A DNA stretch of 64,000 bases from an uncultured Spirochaetota bacterium (GTDB lineage Bacteria > Spirochaetota > Brevinematia > Brevinematales > JAOACQ01): assembly GCA_963796325.1 (NCBI GenBank), contig CAWCLF010000001.1, positions 2,011,242 through 2,075,241 on the forward strand, in the 5' to 3' direction. A model generated the notes under the pieces. That model had not been told where the DNA came from and ran no database searches. It was given only the letters and a program-made list of their open reading frames with translations. Both the position numbers and the translations under genes were made by a program. This document shows, one piece after another, positions 19,046 to 29,287 of this stretch (within the stretch, counting starts at the first letter, position 1; every line of letters begins with the position of its first letter).

Positions 19046-20152
19046 ATGAAAGCAGTTGTCAGCGGAGGGCGGACGGGCGGACACCTCATACCCGGAATTT
19101 CACTCTATGAAGAATTAAAAAAGAGGAATATCGGCTGCCGTTATGTGATGAGCGCCTTCGACCTGAATTTCCCGGTCGCTTCAAGGATCTCCGAAGAAGA
19201 CCGGTTTTTCCTGCCTCTCAGAAATATGTCGAGGAAGCTGTCGTTAAAAACCCCTCTATATATTTTAAAAATCCTGGCTTCTTTTTTTAAAATATTCGGC
19301 CTCTTCAGAAGATATAATCCGGACTTCGCAGTCATCACGGGGGGATACATATCCAACCCTGTCGCCCTTTCAGGCGTAATACTCGGAAAACCTCTCTATA
19401 TTATCGAGCAGAACAGCGTTGCAGGAATAACGAACAGGTTTTATTCCCCTTTTTCAAGAAAAGTATTTACATCGTTCCCGGAAACAAAAAATGTTCCACC
19501 TCAGAAAATTGTTTTTACAGGCAATCCTTCAATTCATCATAACAAGCTTGACAGGCTGAAAGCAAGGGAATTTTTTCAAGCCGTTAATTATGATCCTGTA
19601 ATTGGAGTCACCAGCGGCAGCCAGGGCTCAAGAAGGGTAAATGAGTGTATAATTGAAATTCTGCCCGGCCTCCTGCAAAAAAATATAGGTATCGTCTGGA
19701 GTGCAGGCTCTGTTGAATATAAACGGATGGATGAAGCAGGCGCCATCGATAGATTGAGAAATGATTTTCCCAATATCAGGATTTATCAATTCATTGAAAG
19801 AATGGATGCTTTCTTTTCGGCTGTCGATTGCGCTATTTCCAGGGCCGGAGCTTCTTCAATAACTGAAAGCATTAATTATGAACTTCCGCTCCTTCTTATT
19901 CCGATCAGAAATTCACCTGACAACCATCAGGAAAATAACGCCCTTTATATCGAAGATAACGGGGGCGGTATTATCGTGAGGGAAGACGGGCTCAATCCTT
20001 CGGCTTTGACGGCAAGCCTTTTTAAAATTATCGATAATCTGCCTTTTTATAGGAAAAATATGGCGGTTCTAAATTCAAAGCGTCCGCCCAAACCCGAAAT
20101 CGAGATCATCGACCGGATCCTGGCTGATTATTTCGGTATGAAATATTTTTAA
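19046..20152 (+). CDS. murG: UDP-GlcNAc:lipid I N-acetylglucosaminyltransferase MurG
   Basis: GGRTGGHLIPGISL (the G-loop) and SRAGASSITE. About 368 aa. AAGGA SD before the ATG at 19046 (the ORF track starts at 19007). Confidence 0.88.
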   Translation: MKAVVSGGRTGGHLIPGISLYEELKKRNIGCRYVMSAFDLNFPVASRISEEDRFFLPLRNMSRKLSLKTPLYILKILASFFKIFGLFRRYNPDFAVITGGYISNPVALSGVILGKPLYIIEQNSVAGITNRFYSPFSRKVFTSFPETKNVPPQKIVFTGNPSIHHNKLDRLKAREFFQAVNYDPVIGVTSGSQGSRRVNECIIEILPGLLQKNIGIVWSAGSVEYKRMDEAGAIDRLRNDFPNIRIYQFIERMDAFFSAVDCAISRAGASSITESINYELPLLLIPIRNSPDNHQENNALYIEDNGGGIIVREDGLNPSALTASLFKIIDNLPFYRKNMAVLNSKRPPKPEIEIIDRILADYFGMKYF

Positions 20153-20156
20153 ACGG

Positions 20157-21518
20157 TTATCTTCGGCGGGGTTCTTCAAATATTGAATTGAGTTTTGCGA
20201 GTGTTTCTTCATAGCTTGATTTTTCAAATATTCCCTGTTTTGTGAATTGATTTATTTTCTGGATTTTTGCCAGAGCAAAATCGATTGAAGGATTTGAGCC
20301 CTTTACATATGCCCCGATATTTATCAGATCTTCCGCATCGTTGTATGTCGCCAGGACTTCCCTTAATCTGTTCGCATTCGCCTGGTGAACATCACTTGTA
20401 ACATCTACCATAAGCCTCGATATGCTTCCAAGTATATCAACCGCAGGGTAATGGTTCCTGGCCGCCAGGCTTCTCGATAAAATTATATGACCGTCAAGAA
20501 TACCTCTTACTGCATCGGAAATGGGTTCATTTACATCATCGCCTTCTACAAGGACAGTATAAAACGCAGTAATTGTTCCTTTTTCCGCAGCCCCTGTTCT
20601 TTCAAGGAGCCTGGGAAGCACAGAGAATACACTGGGAGTGTAGCCTTTAGTCGCCGGGGGCTCCCCTACTGCCAGGCCTATTTCTCTCTGGGACATTGCG
20701 AATCTTGTAATTGAATCCATCATCAGCATCACATCGAGACCCTGGTCCCTGAAATATTCGGCGATGGTTGTCGCCACATAAGCTCCCCTTATCCTCATAA
20801 GAGGCGGTTCATTGGACGTGACTGAAACGACGACAGATCTTTTAAGACCTTCTACCCCGAGGTCCCTTTCGATAAAATCCCTTACTTCTCTTCCTCTTTC
20901 TCCAATGAGGCCGATAACATTAACGTCGGCTGTCGTATTCCTGGCAACCATTCCAAGGAGTGTCGATTTCCCGACGCCGCTTCCCGAAAATATGCCGATC
21001 CTCTGGCCTTTGCCGACAGTCAATACTCCGTCTATGGCTTTTATACCGGTCGTTATAGGTTCCGTTATCCTTTTTCTCCTGTAAGCATCCGGAGGATTCC
21101 TGTCGACCGGGTAATAATCACTGGCTTTAACAACTCCTTTTCCGTCGATAGGGGTCCCGTCGCCTCTTAAAATCCTTCCCAAAAGTTCGTATCCTACAGG
21201 TATTTCAAGTTTTCTTCCCAGGTTCATTATCCTGATTCCGGGCGATATTCCCTTTACCTTGCCCAGGGGCATGATAAGAGTTTTGTTCTTTTTAAATCCC
21301 ACTACTTCGGCTTTGAGAGTCCCATGAGTCTGGTCGTTCGTATCTATCAGGCATACGTCTCCGATCGATGAAAACGGCCCGATCGATTCAATAGAAATAC
21401 CGACAACATCGCTGACTTTTCCTAAAGTTTTTATGGTAACGGCTCTATCCAGCGATTTTTCGTATTTTTCAAAAACGTCACGGGATTTGCCGGGGTTTAA
21501 CGCGGGATTATCGTTCAT
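20157..21518 (-). CDS. fliI: Flagellum-specific ATPase FliI
   Basis: Walker A GIFSGSGVGKSTLLG, Walker B DVMLMMDSITR, and F1/T3SS-ATPase-like length and layout. Confidence 0.95.
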   Translation of the reverse strand: MNDNPALNPGKSRDVFEKYEKSLDRAVTIKTLGKVSDVVGISIESIGPFSSIGDVCLIDTNDQTHGTLKAEVVGFKKNKTLIMPLGKVKGISPGIRIMNLGRKLEIPVGYELLGRILRGDGTPIDGKGVVKASDYYPVDRNPPDAYRRKRITEPITTGIKAIDGVLTVGKGQRIGIFSGSGVGKSTLLGMVARNTTADVNVIGLIGERGREVRDFIERDLGVEGLKRSVVVSVTSNEPPLMRIRGAYVATTIAEYFRDQGLDVMLMMDSITRFAMSQREIGLAVGEPPATKGYTPSVFSVLPRLLERTGAAEKGTITAFYTVLVEGDDVNEPISDAVRGILDGHIILSRSLAARNHYPAVDILGSISRLMVDVTSDVHQANANRLREVLATYNDAEDLINIGAYVKGSNPSIDFALAKIQKINQFTKQGIFEKSSYEETLAKLNSIFEEPRRR

Positions 21519-21523
21519 AATTA

Positions 21524-22555
21524 TTATCCGTTTTTATCCATCAATGATTTCTCGGCTTCATGCGAAGCATCGTCCTCTATTTCTTCTTTTCCTATTTTAT
21601 CTTCCTTCGAATCAGCCATTTTACCCTGGACTTTAACGGGCATATAATATTTGATTTTATTTTCGATTTCTTCAAGCTGAGTTCCTATCTTGGCATCTAT
21701 TTCACCAATATCCGTTTCAATGTATACGCCGCCTTTGTCTACCGAAGGGTCTTCCAGGATCTTGACTTCCGGCATTCCCTCTATCAATTTTATCAATTCA
21801 TTTTTATGTCTTGATACAAAATCGAAATCCCCCCTGTTCACATGTATATAAACCATCATAGCCCCTCTTATCAGCGACAGGGCCTCTTTAACATTATTAA
21901 TTACAACCTTGGAATCTTCCTGAGTAAGTTTCTTCACTATTTTTTTTACCATTGTCAGAACGAGGTTCATTATCTGCCTTTCACTGTTTATCAGTATCTT
22001 TTCTCTTTCCTTTATCGTAACGGCAATAATTGAATGGAGCCTCTCGATCATGCTTTTGATTTCTTCCCTGCCCTCATTGTAACCTTCGTCCCTTCCCGCC
22101 TCAAAGCCTTCCTGCCTCGCCTGCCCTTTAATTTTGGTGGATTCTTCATTTGCCTGCCGGATTATTTCAGCGGCATCTTCTTTTGCCTTGCTTAAAATGT
22201 TCTCTCCTTCCTGAGACTGCTCAGCAACGGCTCCTTCTTTTTCCTCCATCGATTTCTTGACTCTCTCGAAGGCTCCCTTTTCAGCTTCGCTGATGATTTT
22301 TTCAGCATTCGCTTCGGCATTCCTGACTATTTCATTCGATTGCTTTTCGCCTTCTTCCTGTTTTTTAGCAATTTCATCTTCAAGTTTCTTGATTTCATTG
22401 TGAAGATCTTCTATACGTTTCGTCGATTCGTCGACATCCTGTTCCTTTGTCTTCTTGAAGACCTTGGGAGCCTGTACTATAAACCTGTTTGATTCAATTA
22501 AATACTGGCCGGCCCTGAGTATCTTGGCATGGCTGTCGTTGTATGAATTCGCCAT
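21524..22555 (-). CDS. fliH: Flagellar assembly protein FliH with a long E/K-rich N-terminal extension
   Basis: Located between fliG and fliI. The C-terminal FliH pattern is present (VYIHVNRGDFDFV...GGVYIETDIGEIDAKIGTQLEEI). Confidence 0.85.
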   Translation of the reverse strand: MANSYNDSHAKILRAGQYLIESNRFIVQAPKVFKKTKEQDVDESTKRIEDLHNEIKKLEDEIAKKQEEGEKQSNEIVRNAEANAEKIISEAEKGAFERVKKSMEEKEGAVAEQSQEGENILSKAKEDAAEIIRQANEESTKIKGQARQEGFEAGRDEGYNEGREEIKSMIERLHSIIAVTIKEREKILINSERQIMNLVLTMVKKIVKKLTQEDSKVVINNVKEALSLIRGAMMVYIHVNRGDFDFVSRHKNELIKLIEGMPEVKILEDPSVDKGGVYIETDIGEIDAKIGTQLEEIENKIKYYMPVKVQGKMADSKEDKIGKEEIEDDASHEAEKSLMDKNG

Positions 22556-22579
22556 TACTGACCTCCGATCCGGTGATTT

Positions 22580-23692
22580 TTATACAATGATCTCATCTTC
22601 AGCATTCCTCGATAATACGATCTCGCCCTGTTCTTCCAGTTTTCTGATAATATTGACTATTTTCTGCTGGGCTTCTTCCACATCCTTAAGCCTGATCGGG
22701 CCCATGTATTCCATATCTTCCTTGAGCATCTGAGCAGCTCTTTTCGACATATTTCTATAGATCTTGTCCTGCACTTCCGGATCGACAGCCTTCAGAGCTT
22801 TTGCAAGATCGGAAGTATCGACATGCCTCAATACCTTCTGGATCGATCTGTCATCGAGAGTTATGACATCTTCGAATACGAACATCTTCTTTTTGATCTC
22901 TTCTGCAAGGTCCGGATCATCTTCTTCGAGCGCTTCTATTATGTTCCTTTCAGTAGACCTGTCGGCATTGTTCAGTATCGCAACAACCGAGTCGATGCCT
23001 CCGGCCGATGTGTAATCTTCGCTTGCAAGCGTCGAAAGTTTTCTCTCGAGGACCCTTTCGACTTCACGCAGAATTTCAGGAGACGTCCTGTCCATGGTCG
23101 CTATTCTTTTCGCGACATCTGCCTGTATCTCATGAGGCAGCGCGCTTATGATATGCGCCGCTTTCTGTGAATCAAGGTATGACAGGATAAGAGCTATAGT
23201 TTGAGGATGCTCGTTCTGTATGAAGTTTATCAGATGTACCGGATCGGTCCTTCTAATAAAATCGAAAGGTTTGGTCTGGAGGCTCGAAGTAAGCCTGTTT
23301 ATGATATCAACAGCCTTTTGAGTCCCGAGAGCTCTTTCAAGCACTTCCCTGGCGTAATCGACTCCGCCGTTCACGATGAAATCCTGGGCCATCATCAGTT
23401 CCTGGAATTCCATGAGAACTGTATCCCTTTCCTCGGAATCCACTTTGTCTATCCTGGCTATTTCGAAAGTCAGTTCCTCGACTTCATCCTCTTTTAAATG
23501 CTTGAAAATATCGGCTGAAACTTCCGGGCCTATCGAAACCAGAAATACTGCCGCTTTTTCCCTTCCGGTAAGCGCCTTCTTCTTTTCCCTCTTGCCTTTT
23601 CCACCGCCTTTATGCTGAGCTCCCCCGACGGTCTGTTCGGCTGTAGCCGTACTATCCTGGTTCCCTGACTGGTTCATTTTATTGTCTGCCAT
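22580..23692 (-). CDS. fliG: Flagellar motor switch protein FliG
   Basis: LTGREKAAVFLVSIGPEVSADIFKHLKEDEVEELTFEIA and the C-terminal torque-helix region (MSKRAAQMLKEDMEYMGP). There is a ~40-aa basic/Gly-rich N-terminal extension. Confidence 0.93.
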   Translation of the reverse strand: MADNKMNQSGNQDSTATAEQTVGGAQHKGGGKGKREKKKALTGREKAAVFLVSIGPEVSADIFKHLKEDEVEELTFEIARIDKVDSEERDTVLMEFQELMMAQDFIVNGGVDYAREVLERALGTQKAVDIINRLTSSLQTKPFDFIRRTDPVHLINFIQNEHPQTIALILSYLDSQKAAHIISALPHEIQADVAKRIATMDRTSPEILREVERVLERKLSTLASEDYTSAGGIDSVVAILNNADRSTERNIIEALEEDDPDLAEEIKKKMFVFEDVITLDDRSIQKVLRHVDTSDLAKALKAVDPEVQDKIYRNMSKRAAQMLKEDMEYMGPIRLKDVEEAQQKIVNIIRKLEEQGEIVLSRNAEDEIIV

Positions 23693-23701
23693 ATATTCCT
23701 C

Positions 23702-25405
23702 CTATTCTTCAGCAAGCCATGTCCTGATCAGCCGTGCTACATCATCAGGCCTTTCCCTGGAAATATTAATAGCATTCTCCAGAAGCTCGGCCCTCGCTTT
23801 TTCCTCAATAGAAAGCTCGACTGTCGCTGCTTCTTCCTCTGCCGCCCTCAGTGCGGCTTCTCTCATAGCTTGCTGCTGCCTGGCTATTTCTTCTTCTCTC
23901 AACCGCCTTCTTCTTTCAAACTCGCGGGCAAAAGCCCTGTAAGCGAGTGTTGCAAGGAACAGGAAGAAAAGCACTACGATAGATGCCAGAAGGGTCCTTC
24001 GAAGCTGGATCTTTTTCCTGATTCCTTCATCATCCTTTTCAAATTCCTTTGTATGGTCGAACGCGATCGTCCTTACAACAACATCGTCGCCCCGTTTGAT
24101 ATCATAGTTGACTGCGGCCTTAACCCATTCTTCGTAGTTTTTCAGGCTGTCCTGGTCGACGGAATGATATAGCCTGACTATCCTTCCCCCGTTTGTGATA
24201 ACCGGGTCGCCGTCGTCTTTCCTTACAATTTCCCAGATGCCGTCAATCGCAACAGCCACTGATATTCTTTTTATTTCATACGGAGCCTTTTCCTCCATCA
24301 CTTTTTCCCTGCTGTTCTGATAATTCACTATATTTTCGTTTTTGTTATAATGAGTAAAGCGGTCCATTTTGTCTTTCAGAGCAGGGGGTACATTGTTTTC
24401 AACTCCTGCAGGCCCTTCCGGCACATAGGCCGGACCCTGGAAGTCTTCGGTAGTTGTTTTTTCACTTACGGGAACATTCACCTGGTTCGAACTGTTATCG
24501 TAACTCAAGAGAGGATCCCTTTCCTTGACAACGGTCGGAATTATCTTATCCGCTTCGGACTTTTTCTTAGTCCAATCGAACTCGATGTCGGCGGAGACGA
24601 TCAGTCTCTCGGAATTTATAGACTGATTCAGGGCGTCCCTTATCCGTGCGATAAGAATTGCCTGCTCCCTCTGTTTGATCTGGAGATGCTCCCTTGCCAG
24701 CTTGACGGCGTCGGAGCCTTCATCCGGAATGAGAAGATCCGAAAGAACGTTACCCTTGTTGTCGACTACGACAATGTTTTCGGGTTTAAGGTTAGGAATT
24801 CCGTAGGCTACAAGATTTACAATGCCTTTGACCTTGTTTTTGTTTTCCGTCAATTCACTGTAAGGCTTCGGTGTGATAAGGACGGAAGCAGTAGTCGGAG
24901 ACTGGTAATCAGAATAAAGCGATTCCTTTGGAAAACTTATTTCGATGCTTACATCTTCGATGTCATCCAGGCTTTTTAGATGTTTTACCATTTCTCCGAT
25001 AATGGCTCTTTGAAGGTTCACATTCCTCTCGAAATCCGTCGTCGTAAATTTCTGCGTATCGAACAATTCCCATCCTTTTACGCTTGTAGGAATTATTCCT
25101 TCCTGACCGAGTTTCATCCGGATGGTCCTTGACTGTGCTTCATCCGTAAGAAGAATATACTTATCGTCCTTAGTTTCAAATTTGACATTCCACTCGCCGA
25201 GCTTTTTAGTCACCCTTGCATATTCCTCCGCAGAAAGCGGTGACTTGTAAAGCATTGAATAAGTTTGCTTAGTGGAAAATGATGATATAAAAAAGATGGA
25301 ACCGATGATGCCCAAGACTATGGCTCCCAGTATGACCCTTTGCATGAGGGTCATTTTATTGAAGATCTCCTGAACTCTCTTCAATAACTCACCGAAATTC
25401 GGCAT
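23702..25405 (-). CDS. fliF: Flagellar MS-ring protein FliF
   Basis: 567 aa. N-terminal TM (VILGAIVLGIIGSIFFI), a YscJ/FliF ring region, a second TM (LLASIVVLFFLFLATLAY) and a charged C-terminal FliG-binding tail. Confidence 0.93.
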   Translation of the reverse strand: MPNFGELLKRVQEIFNKMTLMQRVILGAIVLGIIGSIFFISSFSTKQTYSMLYKSPLSAEEYARVTKKLGEWNVKFETKDDKYILLTDEAQSRTIRMKLGQEGIIPTSVKGWELFDTQKFTTTDFERNVNLQRAIIGEMVKHLKSLDDIEDVSIEISFPKESLYSDYQSPTTASVLITPKPYSELTENKNKVKGIVNLVAYGIPNLKPENIVVVDNKGNVLSDLLIPDEGSDAVKLAREHLQIKQREQAILIARIRDALNQSINSERLIVSADIEFDWTKKKSEADKIIPTVVKERDPLLSYDNSSNQVNVPVSEKTTTEDFQGPAYVPEGPAGVENNVPPALKDKMDRFTHYNKNENIVNYQNSREKVMEEKAPYEIKRISVAVAIDGIWEIVRKDDGDPVITNGGRIVRLYHSVDQDSLKNYEEWVKAAVNYDIKRGDDVVVRTIAFDHTKEFEKDDEGIRKKIQLRRTLLASIVVLFFLFLATLAYRAFAREFERRRRLREEEIARQQQAMREAALRAAEEEAATVELSIEEKARAELLENAINISRERPDDVARLIRTWLAEE

Positions 25406-25424
25406 ACTCCCCTCCTCCCGTTAA

Positions 25425-25754
25425 CTACCTCAGCATCATTATATCATTATACGCTCTCATTGCTTTTTCAGTGATGCTTTTTAAAAATGATAATGACAAT
25501 CTCGCTTTTTCAGACGCTATCATTACCGCATGAATATCGACTTTGCCGGGGTCCATAGTCATTTGCTGTTCAAGATCATCGGATTCCCCCGCAAGTGCAT
25601 CGGTCTCTTTGACTGCGTCGAATAAGATCTTGGAGAATGGGCCGCTGTTTTTTTCGTTTTTCCGCGCAATTTCGCCGTTTTCATTGAAATGCATATCGCT
25701 GGTGGTTAGAAGGCCGGGATTTCCACCCGCAGCCTGGTCTCTTGAAATAATCAT
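25425..25754 (-). CDS. fliE: Flagellar hook-basal body complex protein FliE
   Basis: C-terminus VDIHAVMIASEKARLSLSFLKSITEKAMRAYNDIMMLR, typical of FliE. A 12-nt purine SD GGGGAGGAGGGG lies upstream. Confidence 0.9.
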   Translation of the reverse strand: MIISRDQAAGGNPGLLTTSDMHFNENGEIARKNEKNSGPFSKILFDAVKETDALAGESDDLEQQMTMDPGKVDIHAVMIASEKARLSLSFLKSITEKAMRAYNDIMMLR

Positions 25755-25844
25755 TGTTCCCCTCCTCCCCGTAGTAATTTTTTAACTACTAATATTATGA
25801 CTTTTTTTTTATATAATGCAAGCTTTTTTTTAATTATTTTTTTG

Positions 25845-26300
25845 TTATTTGCCTAAGCTCAAAGCCTTTTCGAAAATCTGTCTGGCCGAGTTGATTACCG
25901 TTACATTTGCTTCGTAACTCCTGTTTGCAGCAATCATATCGACCATTTCCTCTACTATGTTGACGTTCGGCATCATAACATATCCTTTCCATTTCCCCGA
26001 TTGTATTGCATCAGGATGCGTAGGGTCGTAAACCATTCTCGGGGGTTTTTCATCCTTTTCTATTTTAAGCACGCGTACGCCTTCTCCGGTCTTTTTTTTC
26101 AGCTCATCGGGCAGGAGGTACGATTTGAATGTAAGACTGTCGTCAATAGGACGAAGCACTACCCTCGAACGCTGAAAAGGTCCCCCTTCGGTGGTCCTGG
26201 TCGTCGTAGAATTTGCAATATTGTTCGCTATGACATCCAGCCTCAGCCTCTGTGCCGTCAGCCCGCTTCCTCCGATGTCCAGGGTGCTGAACATTCCCAT
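25845..26300 (-). CDS. flgC: Flagellar basal-body rod protein FlgC
   Basis: LDIGGSGLTAQRLRLDVIANNIANSTTTRT (rod N-terminal motif) and C-terminus EEMVDMIAANRSYEANV. Confidence 0.95.
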   Translation of the reverse strand: MGMFSTLDIGGSGLTAQRLRLDVIANNIANSTTTRTTEGGPFQRSRVVLRPIDDSLTFKSYLLPDELKKKTGEGVRVLKIEKDEKPPRMVYDPTHPDAIQSGKWKGYVMMPNVNIVEEMVDMIAANRSYEANVTVINSARQIFEKALSLGK

Positions 26301-26310
26301 TTTACCCTCC

Positions 26311-26733
26311 CTACCTTATGACCATGTCGATTATTTTCAGATTCCTTGAATAGCTTTCGAGAAGAGCATTGAACTCGAGCGAATTTTTTGTCGCATCGGT
26401 CATTTCTTTGTCTATATCGACATTGTTTTTATCGTTTTTCGATATTGAATCGTATTCGACCTGGATCCTCGGCTTGACTGTCCGGTAATCTATTTTTTCA
26501 TCGAAAGGAATATGCCTTTTATCGGTCAAAAGGGCAGGAAATTCCGGTTCTTTTTCGGAATCTATGGCCCTCTCGAGCTGCGATTCGAATGTCACATCGG
26601 AACGTTTAAAGAAAGGCGTGTCGGCATTTGCGATATTGTCCGCTATAACATCCCTTCTTACCGAATTCGCGTTCATAGCCATTTCCATCATTTCCATTTT
26701 TTTGCTGAAGCCGCCGTCGATGCCGAAAAACAT
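26311..26733 (-). CDS. flgB: Flagellar basal-body rod protein FlgB
   Basis: RRDVIADNIANADTPFFKRSDV. First gene of the flgB-fliI cluster. AAGGAG SD. Confidence 0.92.
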   Translation of the reverse strand: MFFGIDGGFSKKMEMMEMAMNANSVRRDVIADNIANADTPFFKRSDVTFESQLERAIDSEKEPEFPALLTDKRHIPFDEKIDYRTVKPRIQVEYDSISKNDKNNVDIDKEMTDATKNSLEFNALLESYSRNLKIIDMVIR

Positions 26734-26925
26734 AAGTTACTCCTTTTAAATATAATATCTCCAAGGTTCTCTATAAACATATCGGAACGAGATTTAAAGT
26801 GATTAGTTTTACGGCATAAATTTTTATTAATAAAAGTTCGTAACAGAGTCTTGTGCCGGCGGCTCCTCCGGCTCAAGGCTCTTTCTATTGTTAATGACTT
26901 GACCGGTTAATGGTTCCGTTCAGGG

Positions 26926-27330
26926 TTATTTCCAGTAAGTCAGAATTATTCCAATAACAATCAGCGAAATAAGCCAGTAAGCGTTATTGAGAATCCACAA
27001 AGACCAGGGCTTTTTCTCATAAATTACCGTGCCGAGCGTAACGGGAGCGATAAAGCCTATCCAGTTGATAAACGCCCCTATCAATGCGAAGCAGATCCCG
27101 GTCATTTTCAGATAACCGCCGACAAATATCAGCGCCTGATCAAACACCCAGCTCATCAAGAAAACCCCGATCAGGCCCAGAATAATAGGAACGGCAGCTG
27201 GTTTGAATTCCTTGATCCCTGAAAGTTTTAACCAGGGTTTCCCGAAAAAGGGGCCGTACCAGAGCCACCCGATGATGTAAGCGGCCACCGCCGCAACTGC
27301 TACCGCAAGGTAATTAATATTAACTTCCAT
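26926..27330 (-). CDS. DUF1761-family small membrane protein
   Basis: 134 aa with 4 TM helices. The N-terminus NYLAVAVAAVAAYIIGWLWYGPFFGKPW is characteristic of DUF1761. GGAGGTG SD. Confidence 0.7.
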   Translation of the reverse strand: MEVNINYLAVAVAAVAAYIIGWLWYGPFFGKPWLKLSGIKEFKPAAVPIILGLIGVFLMSWVFDQALIFVGGYLKMTGICFALIGAFINWIGFIAPVTLGTVIYEKKPWSLWILNNAYWLISLIVIGIILTYWK

Positions 27331-27550
27331 ATGCCACCTCCGTTTAACAAGCGATTATGATCGCCTTTATATAAATAAGCTAAACCGTTAAATCCCGATC
27401 GTCAAGAATGGATTACAGTCCGCAGAGTCTGTCGCAAAATCTATTTAAAAAGGTCGAAATCCGCAGATTAACGTCTATGAAAGCAGATCGGCAAGTTCAT
27501 ATGATCCTGGAGGGGTAAGCTATCTGTGAATAATATCTTATCTGCGGAAT

Positions 27551-27579
27551 AAAAAACCCCGCCCTGTTGAAGGCGGGGT
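27551..27579 (-). terminator. Rho-independent terminator of the GH9 gene
   Basis: 7-bp GC stem (27557..27563 pairs with 27572..27578) and an 8-nt loop. It is followed on the minus strand by T6 (27556..27551), about 30 nt after the stop. Confidence 0.8.
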
Positions 27580-27606
27580 GTTTATTCTCGGAAAATTGAG
27601 TGATCG

Positions 27607-29265
27607 TCAGTCCGCAAACCATGCGAGAGCGTAAACGAGCGCCGCGTTCCAGTTTATCGCGATTTCGTTTACCCTGTAGTTCTCCTGGTTATCCTCCCAG
27701 CTTAATTCATCTGGCCATCCTCCTCCAACAAGATAACCGGGCCAGGGCATTCCTGAAGCTCCGGATCTCCTGTCATGCGGATGCTGGGGAGGATTGTAAC
27801 CGATTCCGGTCATAAACGAGCGCATATAAAAATTACGTCCGAATAAATAACCCAGGGAATTCAAGCCGGCCTTCATATACTTTGAATCGGGATGAATTGC
27901 ATCTGCACATTGAAGAACAAGGGTCTGGCGGGCTACGCCTCCGTTGCATCCCCAGTAATAGCTGTCCCCAAGAGGGCGGCGGTAAGCGTTGCTAAGAGAG
28001 GTCGAAACTATATCATCGGCAGTAGAAACCAGGGCGTTTGTAAGCTGTGTGTAAATAGTCATGCTTTTCCCTTTCCTGGATGAAGTGATATAAGTTATCA
28101 TGCCAAGATTCTTGACATTTTGCCAGTCAAAATCTGTATCGATGCTGTTTACTCCGAATTCAGCCGCCTTTTTTTCAAAATTCTTCAGGTAAACCTCGCT
28201 GCCAAGCGATTCCCACATTTCGGCATCGGCCCACAGCCTGCAGCTGTAATCGCCTGTCTGGTATGCTCCGGTTGAAAAAGCGCTGATATCCGCCTGATGA
28301 TTAGTCGGGTTTTTGACAAGAAAATCGTAGGAGAGCTTTGCCGCATCGATGCATTTTTCAGCAAAAGCCTTATCGTAAGGCTTGTATATCCTGTATGCCA
28401 TTGCCGCCATAGCTGCAAATTCTGCTGTCGCCGCGCTGCCCCATGGGCTGAAGTACCTGGCGGTAGTTTCGTCTTCCGGCATCATGAACCCCCCGAATGC
28501 CGACGTGCTGATCTTATGGCTCACACGGCCGCTCTTGTCGGGATACTGCATTTTCAGGATGTAAGTCATTTCCCATTTGAGTTCCGATAGATATGCCGGC
28601 ATGGATTTGTTCTTTTTCTCGGGCACATCGATTTCTATTTTTTCTATTTTATTCTTAAAATGTTCCCAGGCCATGAACAAAAGGCCCATTGTTACGCCTG
28701 CGTTGACAGTATATTTATTATAATCGCCGGCGTCATGCCATCCCCCGGTCCCGTCCCTTTTGCCGGAAATTCCTTTAAGTCCGAGAAGATCGACGTTTGC
28801 GTCTTCCAGGTGGCAGGCATTATGATAATAAAGGTTTCCATTGTAATTATTGGAAACCGCCGTGCCGCATCTCCATAAATAAAAACCGAGCATAGCGGTT
28901 TTAAAAGGCTCTTTATATATGCCATTCCGTATGTTGACGGGGAAGGACCGTCCTATACCCGTTACATCGAGGTAATATGTTCCGGGATTGGTGACAGCCG
29001 TAAAATCGGCGATATAAAGAGACAAATTATTGGATGAAAGATTGAAAGGCCCTGAAACGGTACCTTTTAGCACGGTAGCGTTCTTATCGTCGACAAGTTT
29101 GAAATCCTTGCAGGTCCCGTTTATCGTGGCTTCTTTCATTTGATCAGGCAGGAATCCCACGGAATTAAGACTGATCTTTGTACTTGGAGAACTGTTTTCC
29201 GCTGTAAAAAGCGGCTGAGCCAAGAAAATAGACAGGGCGATAAAGATGATCATGAATTTTCTCAT
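27607..29265 (-). CDS. Secreted glycoside hydrolase family 9 endoglucanase with an N-terminal Ig-like (CelD_N) domain
   Basis: Signal peptide MRKFMIIFIALSIFLAQPLFTA. GH9 signatures GGWHDAGDYNKY, HDRRSGASG and YRVNEIAINWNAALVYALAWF. Confidence 0.9.
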   Translation of the reverse strand: MRKFMIIFIALSIFLAQPLFTAENSSPSTKISLNSVGFLPDQMKEATINGTCKDFKLVDDKNATVLKGTVSGPFNLSSNNLSLYIADFTAVTNPGTYYLDVTGIGRSFPVNIRNGIYKEPFKTAMLGFYLWRCGTAVSNNYNGNLYYHNACHLEDANVDLLGLKGISGKRDGTGGWHDAGDYNKYTVNAGVTMGLLFMAWEHFKNKIEKIEIDVPEKKNKSMPAYLSELKWEMTYILKMQYPDKSGRVSHKISTSAFGGFMMPEDETTARYFSPWGSAATAEFAAMAAMAYRIYKPYDKAFAEKCIDAAKLSYDFLVKNPTNHQADISAFSTGAYQTGDYSCRLWADAEMWESLGSEVYLKNFEKKAAEFGVNSIDTDFDWQNVKNLGMITYITSSRKGKSMTIYTQLTNALVSTADDIVSTSLSNAYRRPLGDSYYWGCNGGVARQTLVLQCADAIHPDSKYMKAGLNSLGYLFGRNFYMRSFMTGIGYNPPQHPHDRRSGASGMPWPGYLVGGGWPDELSWEDNQENYRVNEIAINWNAALVYALAWFAD

Positions 29266-29287
29266 GTCAATCTCCTTATAATATATT

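Noticed and set aside
20153-20156. The flagellar export operon ends at fliI with no fliJ, only 4 nt from the convergent murG.
   Set aside because: fliJ is small and poorly conserved and may be encoded elsewhere. Gene order differences alone are not evidence of anything unusual.
26779-26785. Sigma28-like -10 element CCGATAT about 45 nt upstream of flgB.
   Set aside because: No TAAA -35 element lies at the required ~15-nt spacing; the nearest TAAA motifs are 8 and 21-22 nt away. The -10-like heptamer alone is insufficient.
27411-27440. CAGTCCG CAGAGTC TGTCGCA as a possible third, degenerate copy of the heptad hairpin element.
   Set aside because: It has only about three loose units, no complementary arm and no GACTGAAGTA tail, so it cannot be distinguished from chance.
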